Assembly (NCBI GenBank): GCA_026396175.1
Contig: JAPLXG010000002.1
Location: 25,490-89,489, forward strand
Reading direction: 5' to 3'
Origin: Candidatus Moraniibacteriota bacterium
GTDB taxonomy: Bacteria; Patescibacteriota; Minisyncoccia; Moranbacterales; UBA2206
Length of the DNA stretch: 64,000 nt
The notes under the pieces were generated by a model. The model was not told the DNA's origin. It did not search any database and was given only the letters and a program-made list of their open reading frames with translations. Of this stretch, positions 59,259 to 64,000 are shown in pieces. Each line of letters opens with the position of its first letter. Positions within the stretch are counted from its first letter, which is position 1. A program made the translations under genes and the position numbers.

Positions 59259-59544
59259 TTTACTTCCTCCTTTTCATAAAGATTATTTTTTTCCAGCAAA
59301 CGCCGGATTCTATTAGCCACCCATAAAATGAAAAGTTTCATTTCAAGAGTGGCCAATAGAAAAATAATCTTTAAAAATATTTCGTCTATTCAATTGTCAA
59401 AAAACTTTGAGTTATTACTCCTTATGGAATATATAAGCGCTTAACTTATATGCTCTAAAGAAATATAATCTTCGATTTTAAGTTGAGACAATCCTGGGGT
59501 ATGCGTATTTACGCAACACACCCCAGGATTGGTTTGGTGGAAAT

Positions 59545-59967
59545 CTATCTAGCGTTGGGAGCCCAGACGAATTTGCCACCCTGCTGAACCCAACTTCCGC
59601 ACCTTCCGCCAGCACATGGTGGTAATGTTTCTTCTGTCTTGGCAGGCGGCGGAGCTGAGAAATCGGTCGTCCGTGACGCCGGCATATTTGAAACTGCCGT
59701 CGGCGCGATTTGTCGTCCCTCAGTTGGAGCCCAGTCAGACTTTGATTCCTTGATGGGATATCCCTGAGTAGGCGTCCAATCATCCTTAGTCGGCGTTGCT
59801 GAAAACGCTGGTGAAGAAGCCATCACACCACCGCCAGGATTGGCCCCTGGTCCCTTGTATGACCTCGACCATTCCGTTTTTCCCGGTGACGCACAGCCAC
59901 CAGTAATGAGAGCCAGCCCTGCAACAATCACCAGCAGGGAAATAAAAAATACGTGTCTTTTTGTCAT
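59545..59967 (-). CDS. Putative lipoprotein
   Basis: GAGGAGG SD; signal peptide with TGG-C lipobox; DW-PT-G repeated twice. Confidence 0.65.
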   Translation of the reverse strand: MTKRHVFFISLLVIVAGLALITGGCASPGKTEWSRSYKGPGANPGGGVMASSPAFSATPTKDDWTPTQGYPIKESKSDWAPTEGRQIAPTAVSNMPASRTTDFSAPPPAKTEETLPPCAGGRCGSWVQQGGKFVWAPNAR

Positions 59968-60120
59968 GATCCTTCCTCCTCTGTAAAAAATATTAAATTT
60001 TCAGTCTTCCGGCAGGTCTTTTCCCGCCTTCAGGCTATTGAACGAACTCAAAGCGAATTGCGCTTCTTATTCGTCCCACCTCTTTAATGAGACAGGACGG
60101 AAGGAAAAACAAATCCTAAT

Positions 60121-60825
60121 TTAGAAACTATCCCTGCGATATTCGAATGTTCCACCGGTAAAATTGCTTGTCAAACTATTCTCTTTTTCGCTATTTCTAA
60201 TCAGAAACAATGTTGCCACTTTTTCGCCAAAAACAAAGATTAGTCCGATGGAGAAAAACAGTCCGGCTACGGCTGCCGCAAACACATTGAGCCAAACGAT
60301 TGGGAAGACCGGATCATTAAAATAGATTGGGCCGCCAATTTTTTTCAGCGTTATGTTTTCATTACCATGATATTTAACACCGTTGTCTAGTAGCTCGGAA
60401 ATGATCGCCTCTGTCATTTTGCGATCTTCTTTTTTGCTCAAATCAGAAATTTCCAATTTAAGAATTCCGGCATTGCCCAGGGTTGATACCTTCACTGCCT
60501 TATCCCAATTTTTCATCTGACTTTCCGGAGTCTCGCCATATTTCGCATAGTTCTCTCCCACTTTTTGAAGCACTCCGCCCATAAAGTCAGACGAGCCAAC
60601 CACGCGAGTGAGGACATCGCCGGCAAATTCAGAAGACTTGCTGGCCTGATAGGCATCCGCATTGATGTTTTTTTGCAAAATCAAAATCTGCGTTTCGCTG
60701 CCATATTGCGGAGCAATAATCGTGCTCACGAAAAAAGCCACAGCAGAAAAAACCACAACCGAAGCCAAGATCATCCTCCAGCTTTTGGCAACCATTTTTA
60801 GGCTGATTTCTTTATTATTATCCAT
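60121..60825 (-). CDS. Wzz/YveK-like chain-length determinant
   Basis: Two TMs, PQYGSETQILI, P..WLN motif. Confidence 0.75.
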   Translation of the reverse strand: MDNNKEISLKMVAKSWRMILASVVVFSAVAFFVSTIIAPQYGSETQILILQKNINADAYQASKSSEFAGDVLTRVVGSSDFMGGVLQKVGENYAKYGETPESQMKNWDKAVKVSTLGNAGILKLEISDLSKKEDRKMTEAIISELLDNGVKYHGNENITLKKIGGPIYFNDPVFPIVWLNVFAAAVAGLFFSIGLIFVFGEKVATLFLIRNSEKENSLTSNFTGGTFEYRRDSF

Positions 60826-61072
60826 AAAAAATATAGTTTACGCAATTTATTCTTAACAGTGAACTGTAGCACAAATTAAAGCAGCTGTCAATCAAAAACA
60901 GCCCGAAGCTGTTTTTATGCCCAAATAAGCCCAAATTGACTAAGCTTTTCCGGACTTTTTAAAATCCCTAAAAAATGCTCTGTTTTTGGAAAATGCCCCT
61001 ATAGAAAACTAAAACCCGTCCGGAAATGATATCCGAACGGGCGTTGATCTTTGAAAAAAAGTCGCCTTTATT

Positions 61073-61504
61073 TTATTGAGGTTTCACTGAAGAATGATGG
61101 TGTATAATCTTCCATTTTCCATCATCTTCTTTTTGCCAAACAAAAGAAAATCTGGCCTCAACAACAGATCGAGCGTCTTCTTCGCCCACTTCGAAATTAT
61201 ACATTCCAGAATGCAAGTAAGCACCCTGGCCAAGCGGTTGAACTTCCTCCTGGATAATCTGTCCCTCAGGATTTTTTTCAAGAAAATGCACAAAATACCC
61301 TTCAGCCTCTTTTTTCCCCTTTTTAAATTTAGGGGAAACGGTTGGCAGAAAAGTGGCGCCATCAGCATATAGCTCCGCAACTTTTTTTGGATCCCTGGTT
61401 AATAGGGAACTCTCCCAAAGAACAAAATTCTCCTTGGCAATTTCTTCAAATGTCATCTCTTTTTCTCCTCCTTGTTGATTATTATTCTCCATTGATATTT
61501 CCAT
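61073..61504 (-). CDS. NTF2-like SgcJ/EcaC (CaMKII-association-like) protein
   Basis: FLPTVS, YFVHFL.K.P.G, SGMYNF, ARFSFV, WKIIHHHSS. Confidence 0.85.
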   Translation of the reverse strand: MEISMENNNQQGGEKEMTFEEIAKENFVLWESSLLTRDPKKVAELYADGATFLPTVSPKFKKGKKEAEGYFVHFLEKNPEGQIIQEEVQPLGQGAYLHSGMYNFEVGEEDARSVVEARFSFVWQKEDDGKWKIIHHHSSVKPQ

Positions 61505-61535
61505 AAAATCAAAAATAAATAATTAACTAAAAAAA

Positions 61536-61967
61536 TTATTCCAAATTCAACCCCCGCTTCGTATAATGCTTCCGCGCCACGCGGATTCGCGCTGATTCTT
61601 TTTGAATCGCTGCCGCCACGCGGGCATATTCTTCGTCGTCCATAGAAATAACCTTATCTTTCAGTTCTTCGGCCCGTTTTCGTGCCTCTTCGGCGCGTTT
61701 TAGATCAATTTCTTCCGCCCGCTCAGCTGTGTCAGCTAGAACTATAAGCGTGTTATTATGAAACTCAATAAACCCGCCAGAGATAGACAGAAAAATTTCT
61801 TCGCCTTTGATCTTCACCATCGCTTCACCTGATTCGAGACTGGTGATGTATGACCTATGATTTGGCAAAATCGTAATCTGCCCATCAGTCGTTTCAAAAG
61901 TCGCTTGATCGACCTCATCTTCAAAGACGGTTTTTTCGGACGTTATTATTTTAAATTTTATCTTCAT
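61536..61967 (-). CDS. atpC: ATP synthase F1 epsilon
   Basis: MKIKFKIITSE, GQITILPNH, SGGFIE, LADTAERAEEID; ORF-track extension to 62000 is repeat-derived. Confidence 0.95.
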   Translation of the reverse strand: MKIKFKIITSEKTVFEDEVDQATFETTDGQITILPNHRSYITSLESGEAMVKIKGEEIFLSISGGFIEFHNNTLIVLADTAERAEEIDLKRAEEARKRAEELKDKVISMDDEEYARVAAAIQKESARIRVARKHYTKRGLNLE

Positions 61968-61969
61968 AG

Positions 61970-63838
<1,869 letters not shown>

Positions 63839-63854
63839 TTATACTAATATTTAG

Positions 63855-63966
63855 CTTACAATTTTCAATTTTGAAATTTAAAATTTGAATTGAATTCCAA
63901 ATGTTTTAATTTTAAAATTTAGTAATTTAGCCTTGATTTCAAATTTTAAATTTAGCCTTTTAAATT
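63855..63966. repeat. Gene-less inverted AT heptamer array pair in the atpG-atpD spacer
   Basis: Same AAATTTN architecture as 17459 and 47013. Confidence 0.6.
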
Positions 63967-63971
63967 AAGTT

Positions 63972-64000
63972 CTACCCTTCCAACGTTGCCTTCCCCGCTG
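63972..64000 (-). CDS. atpG: ATP synthase F1 gamma, 3' end only
   Basis: ...AGKATLEG* upstream of atpD; window edge. Confidence 0.7.

Noticed and set aside
57557-59531. Integron cassette array
   Set aside because: Hairpins lack convincing RYYYAAC/GTTRRRY boxes and there is no integron integrase in the window.

Overview
64 kb of chromosome from a Patescibacteria (CPR) bacterium, probably Parcubacteria/Moranbacteria-like. This is inferred from gene content (DUF4012 and DUF5666-type proteins, short ProS, sparse biosynthesis) and was not verified by search. Core genes: rplJ-rplL with an L10 leader, rpsP, proS, hpf, murB, ftsW-murG-murC, khpA-trmD, atpG'-atpD-atpC. Also present: two surface-glycan clusters, an ECF sigma/MacAB-like module, a PyrE-PyrF fusion, RmuC, Fic, two REP-associated tyrosine transposases (one intact with REPs, one frameshifted) and a small island of secreted proteins. 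I found no rRNA, tRNA or CRISPR. The most unusual signal is a layered set of very small repeat elements. (1) A four-helix-bundle (23S-IVP/Avd-like) gene sits in a 456-bp unit closed by a 34-bp inverted arm pair made of CAGTGAA heptamers; removing the unit restores an ATGA atpD/atpC stop-start overlap. Gene-less inverted 7/8-mer arrays occur in other operon spacers, and heptamer arrays are in frame inside rpsP and murB. (2) Palindromes of 17-70 bp lie in frame inside fic, trmD, a P-type ATPase and atpD. (3) A 20-bp hairpin has inserted into other repeats and into itself. (4) An integrase-less islet is bracketed by a duplicated proS 3' end.
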